DNA from: a virus
Taxonomy: Duplodnaviria > Caudoviricetes
Length of the DNA: 43,145 bases
Virus record (IMG/VR): IMGVR_UViG_3300032243_000398
Coordinates: 1-43,145 of that record
Strand: one strand, 5' to 3'
The number at the start of each line of letters is the position of its first letter. The first letter of the stretch is position 1. A program made the position numbers and the translations under genes. Below the pieces are notes generated by a model. It worked only from the letters and a program-made list of their open reading frames with translations, did no database searches and was not told the DNA's origin. Positions 8,742 to 17,530 of the stretch are shown here, piece after piece.

Positions 8742-9568
8742 AGTGAGTTCCTAATTTTAATTAATCTAATCATCATAGCTTCATCTTCTTTCTCGTAGTC
8801 TGCTTCAATCTTTTGTAGTAGCTTGTGAGCTTTGTCGCTGGCTTTTTTAAGTACTGGATCTTTATCACTGCTAAAACTTAACTTACCACCGTTGGCAATG
8901 CGACTTGCTTCACATGCCGCAGTCCAGCCACTTGCTTCATATGCATCTGGACGATTGCGATAGGTCACAGTCCACCAAGTGTAAAGTTCGATAATTTCCT
9001 TAGCACTTTTAGCTTGGTAAGTTGGTTCGCCATAGCCTTTCTCACCAGGAGTAGCACCCATGTCTTTGTCAACAACAAGACCGCTTGCCCAAGTCAAATA
9101 TTCCATGCCGGCCTCTGGACAACGCCAAGTACGCAAACGCAGCCAACCACTGCGCCACCAAGGCACATCAAATTTGGTTTTGGCCTCGTCACTCCACATG
9201 CAGTGATGCCATGCCTGTTCTATTTCGACGAAATCCACAAGCTCGTTAAAAAGACAGGGAAGAAAGCGATTTCCCACATCACACCAGTTGCCAGGCTTAA
9301 TGTCCCTAGGATGGGCAGTAAGAGCATGAGAACGGGTAATCCAACGATTGTTGATATAGTAGCGTATGTCATTTAGTTTGTCCGGAATGTAATAAACAAA
9401 TTTTTGAAGATGGTCTAGTCCTTCTTCTGCGATCCACCAACGAATTGGATGAGCAGTTTTTGCTCGGTCTTCCCAGTCGTGCCATTCTTCGCTGGTGCCA
9501 CACTTGAGCTTTGGTGTGCCACGCAACCAATCTGCAAATTTTCCAATTGTCCAATAATGACTACGCAT
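8732..9568 (-). CDS. Hypothetical Trp-rich protein
   Basis: 278-aa ORF, first gene after the promoter at 9604-9632; C-terminal LIKIRNSLWT. Confidence 0.85.
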   Translation of the reverse strand: MRSHYWTIGKFADWLRGTPKLKCGTSEEWHDWEDRAKTAHPIRWWIAEEGLDHLQKFVYYIPDKLNDIRYYINNRWITRSHALTAHPRDIKPGNWCDVGNRFLPCLFNELVDFVEIEQAWHHCMWSDEAKTKFDVPWWRSGWLRLRTWRCPEAGMEYLTWASGLVVDKDMGATPGEKGYGEPTYQAKSAKEIIELYTWWTVTYRNRPDAYEASGWTAACEASRIANGGKLSFSSDKDPVLKKASDKAHKLLQKIEADYEKEDEAMMIRLIKIRNSLWT

Positions 9569-9603
9569 TTTTATTCCTAAAGATTATACTGTCGAACAAT
9601 TTA

Positions 9604-9632
9604 ATTATACTATCTTTTTAAAAACCTGTCAA
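9604..9632 (-). promoter_or_regulatory. Perfect-consensus sigma70 early promoter
   Basis: TTGACA-17 nt-TATAAT in an intergenic gap. Confidence 0.9.
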
Positions 9633-9653
9633 TATGATTCTTTTTTGAATCGT

Positions 9654-10037
9654 TTAGATTTTAGGTTGGTATCCTGCCAAATTAAGCATAATTGAATATT
9701 GTTCGTAGGCTTTTTGTACAGCAGGGCTAGTCTGGCGAAGATGCGATTCTTCGCGTTCCTTATCCATGAGAGTCTGAAACAAGTCTATAGGTTGATTGTG
9801 ATGCGCAACATAATTAAAGAATTTGCGTTCCATTTCCACTAAGGTCTTTAGTCTTCCTTCTGGAATCTCGACAGTAAACACACGTTCGGTTTCGTATTCA
9901 ACTACATCGTTACGAACGATATCTGCACGGAAAGGGTCAGTAAAGAACTTTGCAGGATGATATCGTGCCCTACGCTTTTGATCGTTTAGAACACGAACTT
10001 CGTAGTTCTTGCAAAATTCTTCAAGACCCTCGGACAT
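9654..10037 (-). CDS. Hypothetical protein
   Basis: 127-aa ORF, TAATG-coupled to the BI-1 gene. Confidence 0.8.
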   Translation of the reverse strand: MSEGLEEFCKNYEVRVLNDQKRRARYHPAKFFTDPFRADIVRNDVVEYETERVFTVEIPEGRLKTLVEMERKFFNYVAHHNQPIDLFQTLMDKEREESHLRQTSPAVQKAYEQYSIMLNLAGYQPKI

Positions 10038-10732
10038 TATTTTCTATCGCCAAAAAGCTGTAATAAGTTTAGGAACAAGTTGATAAAGTCCATATACAGA
10101 GTTAATGCACCACTAACTTCTGCAGCATCGCTGGTGTCAGTGCTGACCATTTCACGAATCTGCTGTGTATCATAAGCAGTCAAGCCCAAGAAGATAATGA
10201 TTGCTAACGCACTGATAACCATGGCCATTACACTAGAACCAATAAAGATATTGACAATACTGGCGATCACAATGGCAATAAGACCTACAAACATAAACTG
10301 TCCTAGGCTTTCTAGACTACGTTTGGTAAAGTAGCCATAGAAGCTCATGACACCAAACAAGATGGCGGCGCCCATAAAGGCACTGACAATTGAACCCATG
10401 GTGAATATGGCAAAGATCATTGCAAAGCTCAAGCCCATTAGAGCTGCGAACCCATGCAAGCACAACTGTGCAACACCTTTGCTAGGATTATTTCCTAGCA
10501 CATAGCCAACACCAAAGATTGCTGCCAGCGGTGCAAAGATCACAATCCACTTGGTTACACCTGTAAAAAAGAATTGTAACAACTCTGGGCTAGTGCCTAC
10601 AAAGTAGCTGATCAACATTGACACAACGACTGCTAGGCTCATATGTCCATAAACTCGACTCATGGCAGAATTAATTTCTGCGGCTGAGCGATAACTCATA
10701 ACTCCATCTGCTGAATAGTTTGTTCCAAACAT
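10037..10732 (-). CDS. Bax inhibitor-1 / YccA-YbhL family membrane protein
   Basis: About 7 hydrophobic helices; TAYDTQ.IR and GALTLYMDFINLFL.LL motifs. Confidence 0.93.
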   Translation of the reverse strand: MFGTNYSADGVMSYRSAAEINSAMSRVYGHMSLAVVVSMLISYFVGTSPELLQFFFTGVTKWIVIFAPLAAIFGVGYVLGNNPSKGVAQLCLHGFAALMGLSFAMIFAIFTMGSIVSAFMGAAILFGVMSFYGYFTKRSLESLGQFMFVGLIAIVIASIVNIFIGSSVMAMVISALAIIIFLGLTAYDTQQIREMVSTDTSDAAEVSGALTLYMDFINLFLNLLQLFGDRK

Positions 10733-10733
10733 C

Positions 10734-11405
10734 TTAGTCTCCTTTAATTAAATCTGTTGTCATTGGAAATATTTTTGCAATAACATTAGCACAGGCACGA
10801 GCAACTTCTTGATGCTCTTTCTGTGTACCATTGGCACTGCGCAGTTCGATAAAGTGAATCCAACTGCGTAGAGTTCCATTCATATATAAACGGCTTTCGA
10901 TAAGCCCTTCCGGCAATACAGCTCGAGCTTGTTCCTTTGCGATGCCGTTTGCGATAGCCCATTCGTATTCTCTCTGTGCGGCGTATATAACTCTTTTTTG
11001 AGCACGTTCCCATTCGTTTTGTAACAGTTGATCATCTGTTGCGATGCTGTTCTGTCTGTTTTTTGTATCTTGGAGTCGTGCTTCTCGCAATACAAACGAC
11101 AGGTCTTTAGTAGGGTCAGCATATCGCTGACTGAATTCTTGGAAGCTGAAACTACGATGTCTAAGGATCTGTCGTGCAATATCTCTTGTGGTTGTGATTT
11201 CACAACAGGCTGACACCATTTCGAGTGGGCTCCAGTGTTGGTGTTTGATGAGGTATCGGATGAGTTTTTCTGATGTGTCTGTGTTAAGCTGGTTCGTTGG
11301 ATTGCTGACACGGGCGCAATACGCAATGAGTTCCTGTGCATCTGCGATACCAAGATCTGCAAATTCCTGTGTGGGTTGACTGTAACTGAGTAATCGAACA
11401 TCCAT
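10734..11405 (-). CDS. thyX: FAD-dependent thymidylate synthase
   Basis: HWSPLE, RQILRHRSFSFQEFSQRY (RHRx7S), KEQARAVLP and TQKEH motifs. Confidence 0.97.
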   Translation of the reverse strand: MDVRLLSYSQPTQEFADLGIADAQELIAYCARVSNPTNQLNTDTSEKLIRYLIKHQHWSPLEMVSACCEITTTRDIARQILRHRSFSFQEFSQRYADPTKDLSFVLREARLQDTKNRQNSIATDDQLLQNEWERAQKRVIYAAQREYEWAIANGIAKEQARAVLPEGLIESRLYMNGTLRSWIHFIELRSANGTQKEHQEVARACANVIAKIFPMTTDLIKGD

Positions 11406-11415
11406 TTAAACTTCC

Positions 11416-11955
11416 TTAGGTAATAATATCAAAATTAATAGCACAGCGTGGTCCGGTCTTTGGAACTCCACCACCGTGATACATGGCACCGTCAAACATT
11501 AAAATTCTTCCACGCTTGGGTGAAACTCTTTTAACAATGTTGTTGTCCTTGTCAAAGATCACAGTGTCGCCATCTGCATCATTTACATAGTATAGCACAA
11601 CTGTATGTGGGAAGGGCAAGTCCACATGCGGTGCATAGTGTTCCAATTCTGTAGCGTATGGCATTAAAACAAATATTCTTGCTACAACTATTTCCTTCAT
11701 AACACTGCCAATATGGCCACAGGCCAATTGAGGTATCAATCCAAAGTTAGGCAAGTGTTCGGAAAGAGTATGTGATGATTTTAATATATGAACAAAGCTG
11801 ATAGGAGCATACTGTTCGTCTGCTGACAATTCGTATTTGACTTTCAAGGGAATTATTGGATGCATTTGTTTGTCACCCGCTCTTCCTAGAATACTTAATT
11901 CAAAAAAATCTTGTAGATGTTCTGGAATTAAATCATCAATAACTTCAATGTTCAC
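11416..11955 (-). CDS. 2OG-Fe(II) oxygenase
   Basis: PHVD, YYVNDADGDT, FDG..YH and terminal R..INF motifs. Confidence 0.85.
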   Translation of the reverse strand: MNIEVIDDLIPEHLQDFFELSILGRAGDKQMHPIIPLKVKYELSADEQYAPISFVHILKSSHTLSEHLPNFGLIPQLACGHIGSVMKEIVVARIFVLMPYATELEHYAPHVDLPFPHTVVLYYVNDADGDTVIFDKDNNIVKRVSPKRGRILMFDGAMYHGGGVPKTGPRCAINFDIIT

Positions 11956-12488
11956 TTTTCTTCTTCTGGTTCATCAAAACAAAGACTTTCCATTGTTTTG
12001 TAATGTTCGTAGGCTTTCTTTAATGCTTCAAATTTTTCTAACTTCTTGGGATCTGGTACAAGAATAGCCAATCGTTCTTCCATCTTTGCCATAAAGTCTT
12101 TTAGACTTTTACCACCGAGCGTAATATCAGTACCAGTTTGCATGGTAATACCATCGGTATTGATACTAACGGTGTTTGGGGTAATGGTAGAGTTATACTG
12201 GTATCCGCCAGCGTTCCAATTAGTATGGCAGTTGATACCGCTAGTGTTAATGCTATATGTAGTTCCGGTACTAATTGTGTTACAAGTTGTCAATCCTGGT
12301 CCGCCAGTATATCCAACGGTGGCACCTTGACCAGTGTATAGATTGTTTAAGCCACTTGGATCTAGTGTTATTGTAGACAGCTGACTAGAGGTTAATGAAT
12401 CGATTCCGCCCAACCTAGTATATGATATAGTGGGTTGAACGAAATCGGCGTCATCAAGATCAATAGTACTATCGATCTGATCGTTCAT
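11952..12488 (-). CDS. Hypothetical protein, Thr/Gly/Ser-rich N-terminus with helical C-terminus
   Basis: 178-aa ORF; low-complexity body followed by RLAILVPDPKKLEKFEALKKAYEHY. Confidence 0.8.
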   Translation of the reverse strand: MNDQIDSTIDLDDADFVQPTISYTRLGGIDSLTSSQLSTITLDPSGLNNLYTGQGATVGYTGGPGLTTCNTISTGTTYSINTSGINCHTNWNAGGYQYNSTITPNTVSINTDGITMQTGTDITLGGKSLKDFMAKMEERLAILVPDPKKLEKFEALKKAYEHYKTMESLCFDEPEEEK

Positions 12489-12490
12489 GA

Positions 12491-12679
12491 TTAGGCCTTG
12501 GATTCTTTACGAGCGTTCTTCTCTGCTGTAATTTCGTTACGGCGAGCTTTAACACCCTTGGCAACCTCTTGAAGAGCCTTGCGAGCACGAGTACCAGCGG
12601 CACCATTACCTGCTGTAAATTTTGCGTCCTCGGCCAAGAATGCTTCGAAGTCTGCTTTTAACTGATCTACTGTTGACAT
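12491..12679 (-). CDS. Histone H1-like (Hc1 family) small protein
   Basis: D..KF..GN.AAGTRARKAL.E..K..K..R.E pattern of the Hc1 N-terminal domain; AAGG SD. Confidence 0.75.
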   Translation of the reverse strand: MSTVDQLKADFEAFLAEDAKFTAGNGAAGTRARKALQEVAKGVKARRNEITAEKNARKESKA

Positions 12680-12723
12680 AATATTTTTCCTTATAGTTAT
12701 GTTATTCTACTTATACTAGAATT

Positions 12724-12835
12724 TGGTGCGGTCGGTAGGATTCGAACCTACAAAGGCTATGACTAAGTCGGCGCCCCTTGCCCAGGCATCGTTTCCCAAC
12801 GAGCCGGAGGTCTGCCATATTCCACTCACGACCAC
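12724..12835 (-). ncRNA. Non-canonical tRNA-like RNA (Leu-type scaffold, no standard anticodon loop), 112 nt
   Basis: Acceptor GUGGUCG/CGACCGC-A-CCA, D-loop GGAAUAUGGCAGAC and T arm GUAGG-UUCGAAU-CCUAC. The central region folds as UCGUU-GGGA-AACGA plus a long variable arm. Confidence 0.8.
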
Positions 12836-12841
12836 AAGTAT

Positions 12842-12870
12842 ATTATATAACCTTCTTTAGCAGAATGCAA
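12842..12870 (-). promoter_or_regulatory. sigma70 promoter for the tRNA-like RNA / Hc1 operon
   Basis: TTGCAT-17 nt-TATAAT; predicted +1 coincides with G1 of the RNA (12835). Confidence 0.75.
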
Positions 12871-12882
12871 GCGGTTATAGGT

Positions 12883-12888
12883 TAAATA
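12883..12888 (+). promoter_or_regulatory. Putative late promoter TAAATA
   Basis: GTTAAATATT 10 nt before ATG 12899, at the head of the 7-gene plus-strand operon. Confidence 0.55.
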
Positions 12889-12898
12889 TTAGCACTTT

Positions 12899-13885
12899 AT
12901 GAAACACAATTTTCAAAACATTCCTTTCAACGATATTGTAAGATTTGGACAAAGGACTATGCTGTCCAACCCGCTATTCTCAGTCAGTTGGATTTTGGGT
13001 AGGTTCTGTAATTACAATTGTAGTTACTGCTGGCCATATGCTAGAAGTGACAAGTTAGACCACCAACCATTAGAAGTCTACAAACGAACAGTAGATGAAA
13101 TCAAACGACAAGCTCGTGAAAATGGATTTACACAATTCCATTGGAGCTTTAGTGGCGGAGAGCCTACTGCTTACAAACACTTGCTAGATCTTACCAAGCA
13201 TCTCGACGATGGTCCGCAAACTCCGTACCAAACAATACACATGACTACTAACCTAAGTCCTGGAAGCAAGTGGTGGAAAAGTTGGTGTGACCATACTGCG
13301 CTACTTCAGCGTAGAAGTATCACTGCCAGCTACCACGATGAGTTCGCCAAAGAGCAGGAGTTTGGAGACAAGTGCCTACAGCTACAATACGAACTAGTAC
13401 ACGTTACTATCAATCAAGTTATGGTTCCTGAAAAATTTTATGAGCTGTATGAACGTATGGAACGCTTTCACAAACGTGGAATTAATGTTACGCTCAAGCC
13501 ACAGAGTAATCCTACAGCTAGCGGCATTGTTGATGGCTATACTGAAGACATGATTAACAAGATGCAAATAGGGTTTCCGCAACGTGCCAATGGTGAGGAC
13601 ACCTACCAAATTGCATTATATGATGCAGCTGGAAAGGAGTATTTGTTTGACCAAGCCGAGAGATTCAATGCGTTTGGGTTCAATAAATTTCAAGGTTGGG
13701 ATTGCAATGCCGGCTATCAAAGTGTTATAATTAGAGGTAATGAAGTCAAACGATCCTACAGTTGCCATGATCAAATATTGGGAACATTAACAGATGGGTT
13801 TGAACTTACAACTAAACCTAGGATATGCGTTACTCCTAGTTGTGTTAGTTCGGCTGATAGCAAAATACCAAAATGTATAAATTAG
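12899..13885 (+). CDS. Radical SAM protein with C-terminal SPASM/twitch-like Cys domain
   Basis: CNYNCSYC, SGGEPT and TTN motifs; C-terminal C.AG...C...C....C..SAD..IPK. Confidence 0.92.
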   Translation: MKHNFQNIPFNDIVRFGQRTMLSNPLFSVSWILGRFCNYNCSYCWPYARSDKLDHQPLEVYKRTVDEIKRQARENGFTQFHWSFSGGEPTAYKHLLDLTKHLDDGPQTPYQTIHMTTNLSPGSKWWKSWCDHTALLQRRSITASYHDEFAKEQEFGDKCLQLQYELVHVTINQVMVPEKFYELYERMERFHKRGINVTLKPQSNPTASGIVDGYTEDMINKMQIGFPQRANGEDTYQIALYDAAGKEYLFDQAERFNAFGFNKFQGWDCNAGYQSVIIRGNEVKRSYSCHDQILGTLTDGFELTTKPRICVTPSCVSSADSKIPKCIN

Positions 13886-14847
13886 AAGATATAAGAGATA
13901 TCCATTTAGAATTAACAAGCAAATGTCAAGCACGTTGCCCGATGTGTCCTCGCAGGGTAAGTGGAGGCATTTTAAATCCTTTAATAGCATTAAATGAAAT
14001 AACTCTACAGCAATTTAAAGAATGGTTTCCAATTGAAGTTATTCGGCAGCTTGACAGTCTGTTCATGTGTGGAAACCTAGGTGATCCTATTATTGCACAA
14101 GACTGTTTAGAAATATTTCAATACTTAAGAACTTCTAATCCTAACATGCGATTAAGTATGCATACCAACGGTAGTGCTAGAAATAAAACATGGTGGCAAG
14201 AATTAGCATATGCGAAAGTTCGAGTTACATTTGGTATTGATGGGTTAGTAGATACACACGCATTATATCGAATAGGTACGGACTTTGACAAAATTATCGA
14301 CAACGCCTGCGATTTTATTCAAGCAGGTGGCGAGGCCGAATGGCACATGCTGGTGTTTGAACATAACGAACATCAGATAGAAGCGTGTCGTGAGCACAGT
14401 AATGAAATAGGGTTTACTAAATTTACAATCAAACACACTAGTCGTTTTAAAGACGGCAAATTTAATGTACTTGACGATCAGGGCAAAACAGTTAATATCC
14501 TATACCCTACAGAACGTAGTAAGACACTAACTAGAAGTGTGCTTTCTGTCACCCCTTCAGAAATACAATGCAAGGCTCAGAAGTATAAACAAATTTATGT
14601 TGCGGCAGATGGGGCAATTAGTCCCTGCTGTTGGTTAGACTTTAGTTGGCAGTTGCCTAACCAAGACAATAGAATAGACTACATGGACACAATAGGAGTA
14701 TTTCCTAACCTTAATAGGAACTCAATGAAGGAAATATTCGACTCCGGGTACTTTAAACGAATCGAAGATGCGTGGGCAGTTAAACCGTTGATTGAATGTA
14801 GCAAACAATGTGGGAAGTTTGACAAGTTAGGATCTCAATTCGCATGA
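13873..14847 (+). CDS. Radical SAM protein with twitch domain
   Basis: CQARCPMC, GNLGDP, HTNGS, FGIDG, SPCC and C-terminal C...C motifs. Confidence 0.92.
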   Translation: MYKLEDIRDIHLELTSKCQARCPMCPRRVSGGILNPLIALNEITLQQFKEWFPIEVIRQLDSLFMCGNLGDPIIAQDCLEIFQYLRTSNPNMRLSMHTNGSARNKTWWQELAYAKVRVTFGIDGLVDTHALYRIGTDFDKIIDNACDFIQAGGEAEWHMLVFEHNEHQIEACREHSNEIGFTKFTIKHTSRFKDGKFNVLDDQGKTVNILYPTERSKTLTRSVLSVTPSEIQCKAQKYKQIYVAADGAISPCCWLDFSWQLPNQDNRIDYMDTIGVFPNLNRNSMKEIFDSGYFKRIEDAWAVKPLIECSKQCGKFDKLGSQFA

Positions 14848-15851
14848 ACATAATCGAAGTTAAACAAAATTGGCCCGATGGCTATATGCGAATCGACGTA
14901 GCACTGGGCAATATTTGTAATTACAAATGCTGGTACTGTTGGCCAGGCAGCAATGAAGGTACACATAAATGGCCAGACTTTGATCTATTAGTAAAAAACT
15001 TATCTCATGTATTAGATTACTACATTGAACATACAGATAAAAGAAAATTTGATTTTAATTTATTAGGCGGTGAAGTAACTCACTGGAAACGCTTTATAGA
15101 CTTTATTAAATATTTCAAAGAACGATACAATTGCATTTTTACATTGACTACAAACGGCAGTAAAAAACTATCATGGTGGGCAGATGCAGCACCATATTTA
15201 GATTACATTGGTATTAGCAGTCATCACGAATTTGCCGATCCTGTACACCTTAGAAACCTAGCAGATTTGTTATATAAGAAAAATGTTATTGTTGTTGTCA
15301 AGGTGTTAATGGATCCGTATGCTTGGGATAAATGTATGGATGCTGTAGAATATTACAAGGGCAGCGAAAAGCGTTGGTCTATTAGATATTTAGAAATCAT
15401 CGAAACTGAAAAAGTCAATTATACCGAAGAACAAAATAAAATTATCAGCAAGTTACGTGCTAGGGGACCAAACTTATTTTGGTTCTTTAAAAATAATAAA
15501 AGTTACAGAAGCAAAGTACAAGTAGTTGATGATAAAAATAAAACACATAAGATCAAAGATCACCTCATTGTGCTTGATAGGTTAAACAATTTTAAAGGTT
15601 GGGAATGTAATGTTGGTATAGATTGGATTGGTTTTAAAATTGACGGTAGCGTATCAGGAATATGCGGTAATCCACTATATGGACAATCGGAAATATTGAA
15701 TATCTTCGACCCAGACTTTACTAATAAATTTCATCCTGTAATTAAACCGAGCATCTGTGAAATGAATTCGTGCTGGTGTTTATTTGAAACCAACATGCCT
15801 AAAAGAAAATTAACTTCGTCTAACAAGGTAATTCCAATATATGCTCATTGA
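14844..15851 (+). CDS. Radical SAM protein with SPASM/twitch-like domain
   Basis: CNYKCWYC, GGEVT, TTNGS, GWECNVG and C....C.C motifs. Confidence 0.92.
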   Translation: MNIIEVKQNWPDGYMRIDVALGNICNYKCWYCWPGSNEGTHKWPDFDLLVKNLSHVLDYYIEHTDKRKFDFNLLGGEVTHWKRFIDFIKYFKERYNCIFTLTTNGSKKLSWWADAAPYLDYIGISSHHEFADPVHLRNLADLLYKKNVIVVVKVLMDPYAWDKCMDAVEYYKGSEKRWSIRYLEIIETEKVNYTEEQNKIISKLRARGPNLFWFFKNNKSYRSKVQVVDDKNKTHKIKDHLIVLDRLNNFKGWECNVGIDWIGFKIDGSVSGICGNPLYGQSEILNIFDPDFTNKFHPVIKPSICEMNSCWCLFETNMPKRKLTSSNKVIPIYAH

Positions 15852-16446
15852 TACAGAACATTTGCATCATTGGATGCAGGCCATACGACAGAGTCCGGAT
15901 CCAATGCGTACTATGGATGCCTTTTGGTCAGGCCAATTGAAAAGTAAAGAGTGGCTGATTAACGCACTGAGTACACAACTTTCGGGCAAGGATGGCCCAG
16001 CGAGTATCGAAATACACGGTGGGTGGGTTGGTGTACTAGCCAGTATGCTATTTCAAAGCATTATTCCTATCAAACGGATTACTAGCCTTGACATTGATCC
16101 CACATGTGAACCTATTGCCACAATGATGAACAAGGGCGAAGAAATTGCGGGAAGGTTTCAAGCTATAACCAGTGACATGTGCAATTTAATTTCATTCGTG
16201 GACATTGTTATTAACACCAGTTGTGAACATATCTCACAGGTACAATATTCTCAATGGTTGAATAATAGAAATGCAGATCAGCTATTGGTGCTACAAAGCA
16301 ACAACTATAAGATAGAAGAACACATTCGTACAGCAGATAGCCTGGAAGAATTTAAAACACAATGTGATATAGATGTATTGTGGGCAGGAGAACTAGAGCT
16401 ACCGTTATACACACGCTGGATGGTTATAGGAAAGAAACATGTTTGA
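15841..16446 (+). CDS. Class I SAM-dependent methyltransferase-like protein
   Basis: IHGGWVG (motif I-like), SLDID, TSDM and VINTSCEH motifs. Confidence 0.72.
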   Translation: MLIDTEHLHHWMQAIRQSPDPMRTMDAFWSGQLKSKEWLINALSTQLSGKDGPASIEIHGGWVGVLASMLFQSIIPIKRITSLDIDPTCEPIATMMNKGEEIAGRFQAITSDMCNLISFVDIVINTSCEHISQVQYSQWLNNRNADQLLVLQSNNYKIEEHIRTADSLEEFKTQCDIDVLWAGELELPLYTRWMVIGKKHV

Positions 16447-17530
16447 AATGAATGAACTTAAAATGGTTCACCTTGAAATTACAAATCGATGTCAGGCCTC
16501 TTGTCCTATGTGTCCTAGAAACATACACGGTGGTTTAGAAAATCCGTTATTGCCTATTAACGATTGGACATTAGATGACTTTGTAAAAATATTTTCAACT
16601 GACGTGCTAGAACAACTTGAGTTAATTAATTTCTGTGGGAACTTTGGCGATCCGTTACTGAATAATGATTTGCTTAAAATGTGTGAGTACATAAAACTTA
16701 ATGCTCCGACGGTAACTATTGATATTCATACTAACGGTAGTTTAAGATCTACAGACTGGTGGAAAGAGCTAGTTGAGGTATTGCCTAAAAATCATAATGT
16801 GATATTTGCTATAGATGGATTCGCTGATACACACAGTTTATATCGTGTTGGCACTAACTATGACATGATTATAAAGAATGCCAAAACATTTATTAACGTA
16901 GGCGGAACAGCCGAGTGGCATTTTATTAGGTTTAAACATAACGAACATCAAGTTAAAGACGCAGAACAGCTATCTATTGAGATGGGATTTAAAAAGTTTT
17001 CTGTAAAAACAAGTAGGCGACATGGCCGACCTTTTCCTGTAGTTGATAAACAAGGTGAATTTTTATACAATCTTGAACAGCCCACCGATAGCGAAATTAA
17101 GTTTGTAAGTAAATCAGATGTACAAGGACATCAACAGTGGAAAGATGCCGACAAGATTAACTGTCTTGCAATTAAGCATAAAGAATTGTACATTGATGCG
17201 CACTACCAATTAAGTCCTTGCTGTATGATTGGTGCGTTTTTATATACAAACTATGATGTAGACCTATTAAAAAAATATAATCTATATCAAGAAGATTCGA
17301 TCGTCGAAGAAGGCGAAAGAGTACGTCAGCAAGTATTAGAGTTTCCAAGATTAAATGTTTTAGAATCTGGATTAAAGAACATCATTGACTCCGAACAGTG
17401 GCAAACAATGTGGCAACAAAAATGGAAAGATAAATCTAGTTCAACGTGCATAATAATGTGCGGGCCACACAGTCCGTTTATAAGTATTGACGAGCAGAAA
17501 ACAACACTAATGAGCAAAATTGATGAATAA
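16439..17530 (+). CDS. Radical SAM protein with twitch domain (paralog of 13873)
   Basis: CQASCPMC, GNFGDP, HTNGS, FAIDG and SPCC motifs. Confidence 0.92.
   Translation: MFEMNELKMVHLEITNRCQASCPMCPRNIHGGLENPLLPINDWTLDDFVKIFSTDVLEQLELINFCGNFGDPLLNNDLLKMCEYIKLNAPTVTIDIHTNGSLRSTDWWKELVEVLPKNHNVIFAIDGFADTHSLYRVGTNYDMIIKNAKTFINVGGTAEWHFIRFKHNEHQVKDAEQLSIEMGFKKFSVKTSRRHGRPFPVVDKQGEFLYNLEQPTDSEIKFVSKSDVQGHQQWKDADKINCLAIKHKELYIDAHYQLSPCCMIGAFLYTNYDVDLLKKYNLYQEDSIVEEGERVRQQVLEFPRLNVLESGLKNIIDSEQWQTMWQQKWKDKSSSTCIIMCGPHSPFISIDEQKTTLMSKIDE

Noticed and set aside
12724-12835. tmRNA or standard/suppressor tRNA
   Set aside because: Too short for tmRNA, with no G3-U70 pair or tag ORF. The UUA triplet sits in a 3-4 nt loop of the variable arm, not in an anticodon loop.
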